Source: an uncultured Candidatus Saccharibacteria bacterium (GTDB lineage: Bacteria; Patescibacteriota; Dojkabacteria; B142; OLB20). Taken from it: 64,000 nt of DNA. The translations under genes were made by a program, and so were the position numbers. This document shows positions 47,446 through 56,220 of this stretch, one piece after another; within the stretch, counting starts at the first letter, position 1; every line of letters starts with the position of its first letter. The stretch is taken from the NCBI GenBank assembly GCA_964562165.1, contig CAZLRZ010000001.1, positions 1,349 to 65,348 of the forward strand, in the 5' to 3' direction. Below the pieces are notes generated by a model. It did no database searches and was not told the DNA's origin. It was given only the letters and a program-made list of their open reading frames with translations.

Positions 47446-48189
47446 TTAGGGTTTTTTCTTTAAAACAAAATATCTATTACTTTTAGAATCGCGTCCATCC
47501 GCTGCAAATGCGTGGATTTGTTCATAGTTGGTTTGTGAAAGAAGTTCATTGATTTCAGTTTCCGTATAGTAATGAGCAAAGCGATAAGCCCGTTTACCTT
47601 CGCGCCAATCTAATAGGTAGTCATTTTTATCAATTAGAGAATCGGTAAAATCCAGTTCCTTTGCTATTTCGTTTTTATTAACACGTTCTTCGTATTTCTT
47701 GCCGGGGAAATCCCATACACTAAAGCAAAATAGACCTTCCTCACTTAATAAACTATTGGCTATATTAAACAATTCAACTCTTTTTTGGGTAGAGGGCACG
47801 TGATGCATAAAGCCGAACATTACGATTAGATCGAACTTTCCGAAATTGTTGATATTAGAAAGTTCAGCAGAATTCATTAAATCGAGTTTTAAAAACTTTA
47901 CCTTTTGACTTTTATATTTCTTTTTAGCCTCTTCAAGCAAAAAATCGTCGGCGTCAATTCCTAGGTAATTGAAGTCCTCGGAATGTTTTTTAAGGGATTC
48001 TACAAATCTCCCATTGCCACAGGCGAGATCTAATACACTATATATATTGTATCCGTTTTCTGAAATGTATTTTAATAGGACTTCCCAACCTGACCAAGTG
48101 TAATTTCGTGATTTTGAAAATGTGCTGCTAGTGATCTTGTAGAAATCTTTATTTAGTTCAATGATTTTATTTTCGGATTCTTTATTCAT
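47446..48189 (-). CDS. Class I SAM-dependent methyltransferase
   Basis: Motif I VLDLACGNGRF. 247 aa. Confidence 0.6.
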   Translation of the reverse strand: MNKESENKIIELNKDFYKITSSTFSKSRNYTWSGWEVLLKYISENGYNIYSVLDLACGNGRFVESLKKHSEDFNYLGIDADDFLLEEAKKKYKSQKVKFLKLDLMNSAELSNINNFGKFDLIVMFGFMHHVPSTQKRVELFNIANSLLSEEGLFCFSVWDFPGKKYEERVNKNEIAKELDFTDSLIDKNDYLLDWREGKRAYRFAHYYTETEINELLSQTNYEQIHAFAADGRDSKSNRYFVLKKKP

Positions 48190-49396
48190 ATCTTAAGGCG
48201 ACTATTGGATCTAATTTGCCGGCCTGCCAGGCAGGGTAACTTCCAAAGACCAATCCTATAAGGCCAGAGACACCGACAGCAAGTAGTATTGTATTAATGT
48301 TTATAGCGAAAGCTAAAGCGGCGACTTGTGTAAAAATATAGGTTAATAAGATTCCAAGTAATGTGCCAAGGATTCCACCCAACATAGTTACAGCAATCGA
48401 TTCGGTTAAGAATTGAAGCAGAATGTCGTTTCGGGTAGCTCCAAGGGCTTTTCGGAGGCCAATTTCACGAGTTCGTTCTTTTACGCTAACAAACATAATA
48501 TTCATTATTCCAATCCCGCCAACCAGCAAAGATATTCCCGCAATTAAAGCTAGAAATATTGTAAAAATACTTGTGATTTCAGAGAGGATCCCCAATGCCT
48601 GAGCGGACGTTCTAATGGTAAAATCGGATTCTTCAGTGCCTTTTAGACCTCTGACTTGTCTGAAGTTGGTTTTAAGTTCTTCTGCTGCCAAACTAATGTA
48701 TTCGGGGTCTTTAGCAGAAACAATTATTGACCTAATCGTACTATTGCCAGTAATCAATTTTTGCATAGTTTTTAAAGGAAGTATTATTACTTCATCTAAA
48801 TTTTGGAAACCATTACTACCCCTTGGCTTTGTGATTCCGACTATCGTAAAGTTCTGGTTGGAAATGTTTATAGTTTGCCCTATTGGGTTATCAACAAAAA
48901 ATTTGTCCCGAATTTCCGGACCAATCACGGCGACTCTTGAAACTGTGTCTGAATCCTTTTCATTAATTTCTCTACCTGCTAAAAGATCTACCGCTCTAAC
49001 GGAAAAATAATCACCATAGACACCGGTTACGGACATTTGTTGATTGTTTATACCTACTTTAATTGGCACTAATTTGCTGGATTCAGTTGAAATACCTTTT
49101 AAATAGATATTGGGTTTGTTTTTTAAATCAACTACATTTTGAAATTCAAATGAAGCAGACAGATCAAAAGAAAAACCTTGTGAACTGCTTTGAAACTTCC
49201 CGGGTATTACAGTGATTAGGTCGGAACCAAATGCCGAGACTGAAGATTCGATTGTGCCCTGTGCCGCTTCACCAATGTTTACTAAAGTGATTACGGAAGT
49301 AATTCCAATGACTATACCCAAGACAGTCAAAAAGGTTCTGAGTTTGTTGACCGTTAGTGAGTCGAAGGCGTTTTTTAATAAAATATTTAATCGCAT
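48182..49396 (-). CDS. ABC transporter permease, MacB/FtsX-like
   Basis: N-terminal TM, large extracytoplasmic domain, and C-terminal FtsX 3-TM bundle. 404 aa. Confidence 0.7.
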   Translation of the reverse strand: MRLNILLKNAFDSLTVNKLRTFLTVLGIVIGITSVITLVNIGEAAQGTIESSVSAFGSDLITVIPGKFQSSSQGFSFDLSASFEFQNVVDLKNKPNIYLKGISTESSKLVPIKVGINNQQMSVTGVYGDYFSVRAVDLLAGREINEKDSDTVSRVAVIGPEIRDKFFVDNPIGQTINISNQNFTIVGITKPRGSNGFQNLDEVIILPLKTMQKLITGNSTIRSIIVSAKDPEYISLAAEELKTNFRQVRGLKGTEESDFTIRTSAQALGILSEITSIFTIFLALIAGISLLVGGIGIMNIMFVSVKERTREIGLRKALGATRNDILLQFLTESIAVTMLGGILGTLLGILLTYIFTQVAALAFAININTILLAVGVSGLIGLVFGSYPAWQAGKLDPIVALRYE

Positions 49397-50076
49397 TTTT
49401 TATCCGAAATAATTAAACCATCTTTCAATTTGATTATTCTTTTTGCGTTTTGGGCTATATCTTCTTCATGAGTCACTAAAATAATTGTATGTCCTTTATT
49501 ATTGAGCTCCTTAAAAACCTTCATAACTTCTTCGCCAGTTTTCGTATCGAGATTACCGGTAGGTTCGTCTGCTAAAATCATAGCAGGATCTAAAATCAAG
49601 CTTCGGGCAATTGCCGTTCTTTGGATTTGCCCTCCTGACAATTCATTTGATTTGTTATGTCTTTTATCATATAAACCTACAACTTTTAAGGCTTCACTTA
49701 CTCGTTTGTCTTGTTCTTCTTTTGATATGATCTGTTTTGTGTATGCAAAGGGTAGCTTTACATTTTGTTCGACTGTAATCCTAGGTAGTAAATTAAAGGC
49801 CTGAAAAACAAATCCGATGTCTTCGTTTCTGACTTTAGCCAAATCTGTGTCTTTCATTTGGGCGACATTTTTATCTTTGAGGTAATATACACCGGTGGTT
49901 GGAGTATCAAGACAACCAATAATATGCATCAAAGTTGATTTCCCGGAGCCTGAGGGCCCCATAATTGCAACAAACTCGCCCTTTTCAATATTAAGATCAA
50001 CGCCTTTTAAAGCCTCGAACTGGTTTGGGCCTGTATTATAGGATTTTTTGATTGAAACTAATTTGATAAGAGGCAT
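49387..50076 (-). CDS. ABC transporter ATP-binding protein (MacB/LolD-type)
   Basis: GPSGSGKSTLMHIIG, LSGGQIQRTAIARSL, ILADEPTGNLD. Confidence 0.85.
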   Translation of the reverse strand: MPLIKLVSIKKSYNTGPNQFEALKGVDLNIEKGEFVAIMGPSGSGKSTLMHIIGCLDTPTTGVYYLKDKNVAQMKDTDLAKVRNEDIGFVFQAFNLLPRITVEQNVKLPFAYTKQIISKEEQDKRVSEALKVVGLYDKRHNKSNELSGGQIQRTAIARSLILDPAMILADEPTGNLDTKTGEEVMKVFKELNNKGHTIILVTHEEDIAQNAKRIIKLKDGLIISDKKCD

Positions 50077-50078
50077 AT

Positions 50079-51134
50079 TTAATTTGAACCACCAAGACTA
50101 AAATTGATAGTGTTAACCGATAAATCGTAATTTAAAACAACTTGATCTCCCTCATTTAATCCGGATACTATTTCGACCAAAGAATTATTATTAACTCCAG
50201 TTTGGATTTCTTTTTCAGAAATTTTTAACAAGGCTCCGGATTCGTCAAATTCAGGAACATAAACAAATGATTTCCCACTTTTCTCTCTGATTGCAGATGA
50301 GGATAATGACAAAACATTGGGGGTTTTATTAACTGTAATTAATCCATTAATAGTCATTTCAGCAAGTAAAGTTTGTTGCTCTGGAATTGAGGCTTTAACA
50401 ATGTAGTTAACAACACCGGCAACGTTGGTTCCGCTAGGATTAATTTGAATAATCTTACCTGTAATAGATTTTCCAACTGCTTCAATTTCTAATTTGATCT
50501 CCTGATCGAGTTTCACTTTAGATACATCTAATTCATTAACTGTAAGGTTTGCCACCAATTCACCACTTTCGCCAATAACTAGCGCCGGAGTCAGTTGTGA
50601 AATACTAGCAAAATCGCCAACCTTGAGGTTTAGAGTGGAAACAACGCCATCAGCAGGGCTTTTTATAATTGCATTTTCTAAATTTCTTTTGGCATTTTCT
50701 TGGTTGACCCAAGTAATATTAACTTGTTGCTGTGCTTGTTTAACTGAGTAATCATCAACGATTGGGGCGTTTTTTAATTTATCGCGTCCGTAAACTGCTG
50801 AGTTAAAAGAATATTGGGAGCTTTTGTATGCACTTTGGAGATCAGTATCGTCTAAACGTAAAAGCTCTTGATCTTTTTTAACAAAGTCTCCAACTTTAAC
50901 ACTTACGGATACCACTTTGGCATTTATTCTTGGATTTACATTAAAGGTGTTTTTGAAGCTAACCGATCCATTTGCATTCACTTGTTCAATAATGTCTGTC
51001 TTTTTTACAGATTCATAAATATAATCGGCTTTATTTGTGTTTTGTACTGGGCGAAACACAAGAATCAAAGCCAATATTATTAGGCCTAGAAAAAACCACC
51101 ACTTTTTCTTTTTAAAAAATGACATTTTTGACAT
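50079..51134 (-). CDS. HlyD/MacA-like periplasmic adaptor (membrane fusion protein)
   Basis: N-terminal TM, coiled-coil region and beta-barrel/lipoyl-like segments. Lies upstream of the ABC pair. Confidence 0.6.
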   Translation of the reverse strand: MSKMSFFKKKKWWFFLGLIILALILVFRPVQNTNKADYIYESVKKTDIIEQVNANGSVSFKNTFNVNPRINAKVVSVSVKVGDFVKKDQELLRLDDTDLQSAYKSSQYSFNSAVYGRDKLKNAPIVDDYSVKQAQQQVNITWVNQENAKRNLENAIIKSPADGVVSTLNLKVGDFASISQLTPALVIGESGELVANLTVNELDVSKVKLDQEIKLEIEAVGKSITGKIIQINPSGTNVAGVVNYIVKASIPEQQTLLAEMTINGLITVNKTPNVLSLSSSAIREKSGKSFVYVPEFDESGALLKISEKEIQTGVNNNSLVEIVSGLNEGDQVVLNYDLSVNTINFSLGGSN

Positions 51135-51151
51135 AAAGCGAGTATATCATA

Positions 51152-52870
51152 TTGTATAATATTGTAATGACTTTACAATACAAAAAAATGCAGGTCCCTA
51201 TTGAGTTCTTTAAAGAGCTCGAAAACTTAAAAAAAGTTAATAATAAAAGAATTCAGATTTTGCTTCGGAAGTACCCAAGAGGTCACGAATTATTTAGCCG
51301 TGATCAATTGATTTCATCGTATAAAGAATATTGCGAAAAAGGTTTAATGAGCTTAGATAGTGAAATCCTAGACGTACTAAAATTAAAGCCTAGCAGAACA
51401 ATGTCAGGGGTTACAGTTATTACTGTCTTAACAAAACCCTACCCTTGCCCAGGAAAGTGCATTTTTTGCCCTAATGATATTAGAATGCCAAAAAGCTATA
51501 TAAGTTCAGAGCCCGGTGCTCAAAGAGCAGCCAGGAATGCATTTGATCCATATCTGCAAACATACAATCGTTTACTTGCCCTAAAAAATATTGGCCACAA
51601 TACTGAAAAAATCGAATTAATAGTTCTTGGAGGGACTTGGTCTTTTTACCCTATCGAATACAAAATTTGGTTTATAAAAAGATGCTTTGAGGCCATGAAC
51701 GACTTTGGAGTTATGGACGGCCGAATCGAAAAGGCTTCAATGCTAGTAGAAGACCCGATGAAAGATAAAAATGAAGTTGTCACCTACAATTCAAAAATCA
51801 ACTTTGAAAGACTTGTAAAAAACGAATCAGCAACTTGGGAAGAACTTTTTGAAGAACAACTCAAAAATCAAAATGCAAAATCGAGGAATGTTGGTTTAGT
51901 TTTGGAAACTAGGCCCGATTATATTTCACCCAAAGAGATCCAAGAATTAAGGCAATTTGGCGCAACAAAAATTCAAATAGGAGTCCAATCTTTAAACGAT
52001 ATTGTTTTAGAAAAAAACCAAAGAGGCACAACAAGAGCTCAAATTGTAAACGCTGTTAATTTAATCCGATCAGCCGGATTTAAAATCCATGCCCATTGGA
52101 TGCCAAATTTGTACGGATCATCGATTGAAATCGACAAACAGGATTATTTGGATTTATTTGAATTAGTTAAACCTGACGAGTTGAAAATTTATCCGACATC
52201 AATCATTAAAGGCACATTGCTTTATAAATATTTCAATGAAGGCAAATACAAACCATATAGTAATGAAGAATTAATTGAGCTTCTAAAGTTTTGTTTAAAG
52301 AACACACCAAAATACTGCAGACTCACACGTATTATCCGAGACATTCCATCAAATGAAATTGAAGCCGGAAACAAAACAACAAATCTTAGACAAATCATTG
52401 AAAATGAACTTATAAAAGAAGGAACACCTTGCCAATGCATCAGATGCCGAGAAGTGAAAAATACTAAGGTAATTTTTGAATCTTTAGGGAAAAACATCTT
52501 AGCGTACAAATCGCAAGTTGGGACTGACTATTTCATTACGCTTGAAACGGAAAACAAAATCGCAGGGTTTTTACGTCTTTTTTTGTCAGACAAAAATGAA
52601 TCTATCGAAAATGAACTTTATAAAGAGGTCAAAGATTCTGCAATAATTCGTGAAGTCCACGTCTATGGGCAGGTCGTAGGCATAGGCAAATCAATCGGCG
52701 AAAAGACTCAACATACAGGAGTTGGGAAAACTTTAGTCGCAGCAGCCGAAGAAATTGCCATTAATAATAAATTCAAAAAAATCAGCGTAATATCTGCAAT
52801 CGGAACAAGAGAATATTACAAAAAGCTTGGCTATACTTCACAAAAGATGTTCCAAACAAAAGAGCTTTAA
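51152..52870 (+). CDS. elp3: Elp3-like radical-SAM + GNAT enzyme (tRNA wobble uridine modification family)
   Basis: Radical-SAM Cys cluster YPCPGKCIFCPN. C-terminal GNAT with QHTGVGKTLVAAAEEIA and the Elp3-typical ending KKISVISAIGTREYYKKLGY. 572 aa. The true start may be an internal Met (MQVPIEF). Confidence 0.7.
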   Translation: MYNIVMTLQYKKMQVPIEFFKELENLKKVNNKRIQILLRKYPRGHELFSRDQLISSYKEYCEKGLMSLDSEILDVLKLKPSRTMSGVTVITVLTKPYPCPGKCIFCPNDIRMPKSYISSEPGAQRAARNAFDPYLQTYNRLLALKNIGHNTEKIELIVLGGTWSFYPIEYKIWFIKRCFEAMNDFGVMDGRIEKASMLVEDPMKDKNEVVTYNSKINFERLVKNESATWEELFEEQLKNQNAKSRNVGLVLETRPDYISPKEIQELRQFGATKIQIGVQSLNDIVLEKNQRGTTRAQIVNAVNLIRSAGFKIHAHWMPNLYGSSIEIDKQDYLDLFELVKPDELKIYPTSIIKGTLLYKYFNEGKYKPYSNEELIELLKFCLKNTPKYCRLTRIIRDIPSNEIEAGNKTTNLRQIIENELIKEGTPCQCIRCREVKNTKVIFESLGKNILAYKSQVGTDYFITLETENKIAGFLRLFLSDKNESIENELYKEVKDSAIIREVHVYGQVVGIGKSIGEKTQHTGVGKTLVAAAEEIAINNKFKKISVISAIGTREYYKKLGYTSQKMFQTKEL

Positions 52871-52933
52871 AATTCATTTGCTTACTTTCTTAAATTTCTC
52901 TACAATTTTTTATATACAATTAATTTGTAGTTT

Positions 52934-53380
52934 ATGATTTATATCGGTTCAGATCACGCAGGCTTTAATACCAAAGAAATAGTAAAAAGATATCTATCCT
53001 CTATTGGATTACTCCACAAAGATATGGGGCCGTTTGAATTTATCCAAGATGATGACTATCCCTTATTTGCTTTTGACGTAGCGGAAGCTGCTGCAAGAGA
53101 GCCCTTTTCACTTGGTATTTTAATCTGCAGCAGCGGAACCGGAATGGTTATTGCCGCAAACAAAGTTAAAGGGGCAAGAGCCGCTTGTATTCAATCGGTA
53201 GAAAGCGCAAGACTATCAAAGGAACACAATAATTGTAATGTTTTGGTAATTGATAATTTAACCTTTAATGAGGCTAAAGATTTTGAAATAATTAAGACAT
53301 TTATTTTCACAGCTTTTTCGCAAGAAGAAAGGCATATTCGAAGACTAAAACAGATATCTGACTATGAATCGAGTAATTAA
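52934..53380 (+). CDS. rpiB: Ribose-5-phosphate isomerase B (RpiB/LacAB family)
   Basis: MIYIGSDHAGFNTK…GILICSSGTGMVIAANKVKGARAA…. Confidence 0.85.
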   Translation: MIYIGSDHAGFNTKEIVKRYLSSIGLLHKDMGPFEFIQDDDYPLFAFDVAEAAAREPFSLGILICSSGTGMVIAANKVKGARAACIQSVESARLSKEHNNCNVLVIDNLTFNEAKDFEIIKTFIFTAFSQEERHIRRLKQISDYESSN

Positions 53381-54014
53381 AATACACCCCGCCCCATTAG
53401 TTACCAATTTCACAGACTTACTTTTTCAAGTTGGAGCTTTAGTAGCTGTAACAAAAGATTTCGATATAGATATTGTCGATTGGGCCCGTACTAAATCCCG
53501 AACAATAGGCGTTTCGGACGCATTAAATCTTAAAGGAGAACTTAATTTAACCTTTGACTTAATGATGGATTTCCCATCCAAAAGTATAAAAAAATTAATA
53601 AATGAACCTAGAGTTAAAACTATAATAATAAATCTCGACTGCAAGGAAGATATTTCCTATTTGATCGACTTGATTCACCACTATAAAAAAGACGTGGGGA
53701 TTTCTATGAACCCCGATAATTCTTTAGAACAGATATTGCCATATCATAAGCTTATTGACATGATTCAGATATTTACTGTGGAACCTGGAAAACAAGGCTC
53801 ACCATTATTAGTTTCTCGACTAAATTTATTAAACAAATTAAGAGAGACTGGATTTAAGGGGAAATTGGGGATAGATGGATCTATCAATTTAAAAACAATC
53901 GAAACTATTTTAAAATACCCTGTGGATATACTGAGCGTAGGATCCTATTTATGTAAATCTACGGAACCTCATAAAAGTTTTAAAGAATTAGAATCAGCTA
54001 TACTAAAGGCTTAA
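53364..54014 (+). CDS. Ribulose-phosphate 3-epimerase-like TIM-barrel protein with substituted metal-binding histidines
   Basis: Rpe-like blocks are retained: IHPAPLVTNF (IAPSILSADF), GISMNPDNS, MIQIFTVEPGKQGSPL (VLLMSVNPGFGGQSF), GIDGSI, ILSVGSYL. But the HFDVMD segment is DFDIDI and the second His block is TFDLMM. Confidence 0.45.
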   Translation: MNRVIKIHPAPLVTNFTDLLFQVGALVAVTKDFDIDIVDWARTKSRTIGVSDALNLKGELNLTFDLMMDFPSKSIKKLINEPRVKTIIINLDCKEDISYLIDLIHHYKKDVGISMNPDNSLEQILPYHKLIDMIQIFTVEPGKQGSPLLVSRLNLLNKLRETGFKGKLGIDGSINLKTIETILKYPVDILSVGSYLCKSTEPHKSFKELESAILKA

Positions 54015-54654
54015 GTCCAGCCTCTTTATAATCACTCAAAAACTTTTCAAGCCCTTTTGTTGTTAGTTCATGCTTTGAAAGTTTTTCTAGAATTTCTGGA
54101 GGAATAGTTGCCACATCAGCGCCAATTAAGGTTACTTGCTTTACTGTGACATCCGATCGGATTGAAGCCGCAAGAACTAATGAGTTAAATTTATACCCAT
54201 GAACGATTGCTACAATTTCCTTAAGAACTTCTAATCCGTTTTCTCCATTGTCATCAAGCCTTCCTAAAAAGGGACTGATGTATGTTGCCCCAGCTTTTGC
54301 AGCTAATAATGCTTGGTTGGGTGAAAATACTAATGTGACATTGGTTTTTATTCCTTCTTGAGTTAAGACTTTAACTGCTTTTAAGCCTTCTTCGATAAGT
54401 GGAATTTTAACAACGACATTTTTATTTAGTAGAGCAAGTGAACGAGCCTCCCTTAAGATCCCTTCATAGTCAGTCGATAGCACTTCAAGGCTTATTGGCC
54501 CATCAACAATTTGAAAAATCTCTTTTACAACATCTTCAAATGGTCTGCCGACTTTTGAGGCAAGTGAGGGGTTTGTTGTAACTCCATCGATCATTCCCAT
54601 TTCCCAATATTTTCGAATTAAGCTTGGATCAGCAGTATCAATAAAGATTTTCAT
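53998..54654 (-). CDS. tal: Transaldolase / fructose-6-phosphate aldolase (short Tal/FSA family)
   Basis: MKIFIDTADPSLIRKY…GVTTNPSL…VVKIPL…, Schiff-base Lys context. 218 aa. Confidence 0.85.
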   Translation of the reverse strand: MKIFIDTADPSLIRKYWEMGMIDGVTTNPSLASKVGRPFEDVVKEIFQIVDGPISLEVLSTDYEGILREARSLALLNKNVVVKIPLIEEGLKAVKVLTQEGIKTNVTLVFSPNQALLAAKAGATYISPFLGRLDDNGENGLEVLKEIVAIVHGYKFNSLVLAASIRSDVTVKQVTLIGADVATIPPEILEKLSKHELTTKGLEKFLSDYKEAGLKPLV

Positions 54655-54683
54655 TTTGAGCAGTTTTAATAATTAAAAATATT

Positions 54684-55106
54684 TTAACAAAAATTGCTTA
54701 ATTCTCCTTCAATCGGCCTTGCATAATGGGTTGATTCAATTTTTTGAAAGCCTTGAGATTCATACCATTTAATTAAAATTGGTCGGCAATTGATCGAAAT
54801 TTCTACAGCTTTCAAAAGCTTTAACCGATCAATTGCCTCAAGAATTAAGGCTCTTCCTATCCCGTGACTTCGGTATTCTTCATCTACCACTAATTTATAT
54901 ATTTGACCTTTGATGCCATCAAATCCAACCAAGGTTATTCCGACGATCTTATTATCCACAATAGCTTTTACAGAAGTTTCGGAATTCTTTTTTAAATATC
55001 CGTCAAGCATTTTGGCTTCGGCTTCAGGGATTAAATGCCTAGATTCCAAAAAACTTTTCACTTCGTTAAGATCTTCGATTTTAATTGATTGATATTTAAC
55101 TTCCAT
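54684..55106 (-). CDS. GNAT-family N-acetyltransferase
   Basis: VDEEYRSHGIGRALILEAIDRL. 140 aa. Confidence 0.6.
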   Translation of the reverse strand: MEVKYQSIKIEDLNEVKSFLESRHLIPEAEAKMLDGYLKKNSETSVKAIVDNKIVGITLVGFDGIKGQIYKLVVDEEYRSHGIGRALILEAIDRLKLLKAVEISINCRPILIKWYESQGFQKIESTHYARPIEGELSNFC

Positions 55107-55119
55107 TTTTATAAAGTTT

Positions 55120-56196
55120 TTACAAATATTTTTCTAAATCGGTTCCTTCAAATTTCTTTAGCAACTCTTTGAGTTTAGTATTATCTTCTTTAGGAAAGAT
55201 TGCAATTACATCAGGAGTGTTAACAACTACAAAGCCATCAATCCCAATTGTGGTGATCATTTTACTATCTTCGTAATTGTAGATAATACTATCGGTTGTT
55301 TGATAAGGATAGACATTTCCTTTGGTGACGACATCATCTTTGTTTTTTTCGAGTGCTTCTTTTAGTGCGATCCATTCCCCGACGTCGCTCCAACCCATGT
55401 CTGAGTGGATTATTAAAGCTTCACCAGGAAAAACTTTTTCAGCAAAAACATAGTCGGCGGAGATCTTCTCTAGTAGTGCATATTTAGCATTCGCTTCGTC
55501 TGAAAAATTCGAATTAACAACCTCTTGGCAAACACTAAAGATTTTTTTATTTGTTTGCTCTACTTTTGCAAGATAAGCTGATGATTTTACAACCCAATAT
55601 CCCGGATTCCAAGCATATTCGCCTGAGAGCAAATATTCTTCGGCCACTTGTTGACTTGGTTTTTCAACGAATCGAATAAATTTCTTTAAAACATTTTTTG
55701 GATTATTGAAAACCTGGAGTTCTTTTCCAAATTTTAAGTAACCTCTATGAGGAGAAGCAAATCTTGCAGGTACGGCAATAAAAACGAATTTATCATTAAT
55801 TTTTACTTGATTTTCCGCTTCAATTAAAGCGTCAATATATGTTTTATTGTCTTTGATCAAATTGTCCGCCCACCTTATAATTACAACTTCATCAGGGAAT
55901 TTTTTGTTGAGATATGCAACTGCTAAAGTTACTGCAGGGCCTGTATCTCGCATAACAGGGTCAAAAATGAAATTTTCTGGATTTATCTCGGGCAAAATAG
56001 ATTTGATCTCTTTTTCATAAACCTTACCTGTACAAAAGAAGATATCCTCTTTTTGAATTCCTTCTAAAAGTTGCTCATACGCAAGTCTAACTAGGGGTTT
56101 GTCACCCTGAACATTTTGAAATTGTTTAGGATTATTAATCCTACTTGCTGGCCAAAAACGTTTTCCTGTGCCACCTGCAAAAACTACTATTTTCAT
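55120..56196 (-). CDS. manC: Mannose-1-phosphate guanylyltransferase (nucleotidyltransferase domain only)
   Basis: MKIVVFAGGTGKRFWPASR… 358 aa. Confidence 0.75.
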   Translation of the reverse strand: MKIVVFAGGTGKRFWPASRINNPKQFQNVQGDKPLVRLAYEQLLEGIQKEDIFFCTGKVYEKEIKSILPEINPENFIFDPVMRDTGPAVTLAVAYLNKKFPDEVVIIRWADNLIKDNKTYIDALIEAENQVKINDKFVFIAVPARFASPHRGYLKFGKELQVFNNPKNVLKKFIRFVEKPSQQVAEEYLLSGEYAWNPGYWVVKSSAYLAKVEQTNKKIFSVCQEVVNSNFSDEANAKYALLEKISADYVFAEKVFPGEALIIHSDMGWSDVGEWIALKEALEKNKDDVVTKGNVYPYQTTDSIIYNYEDSKMITTIGIDGFVVVNTPDVIAIFPKEDNTKLKELLKKFEGTDLEKYL

Positions 56197-56220
56197 AATG
56201 ACAAATTAATAATTAAATAA

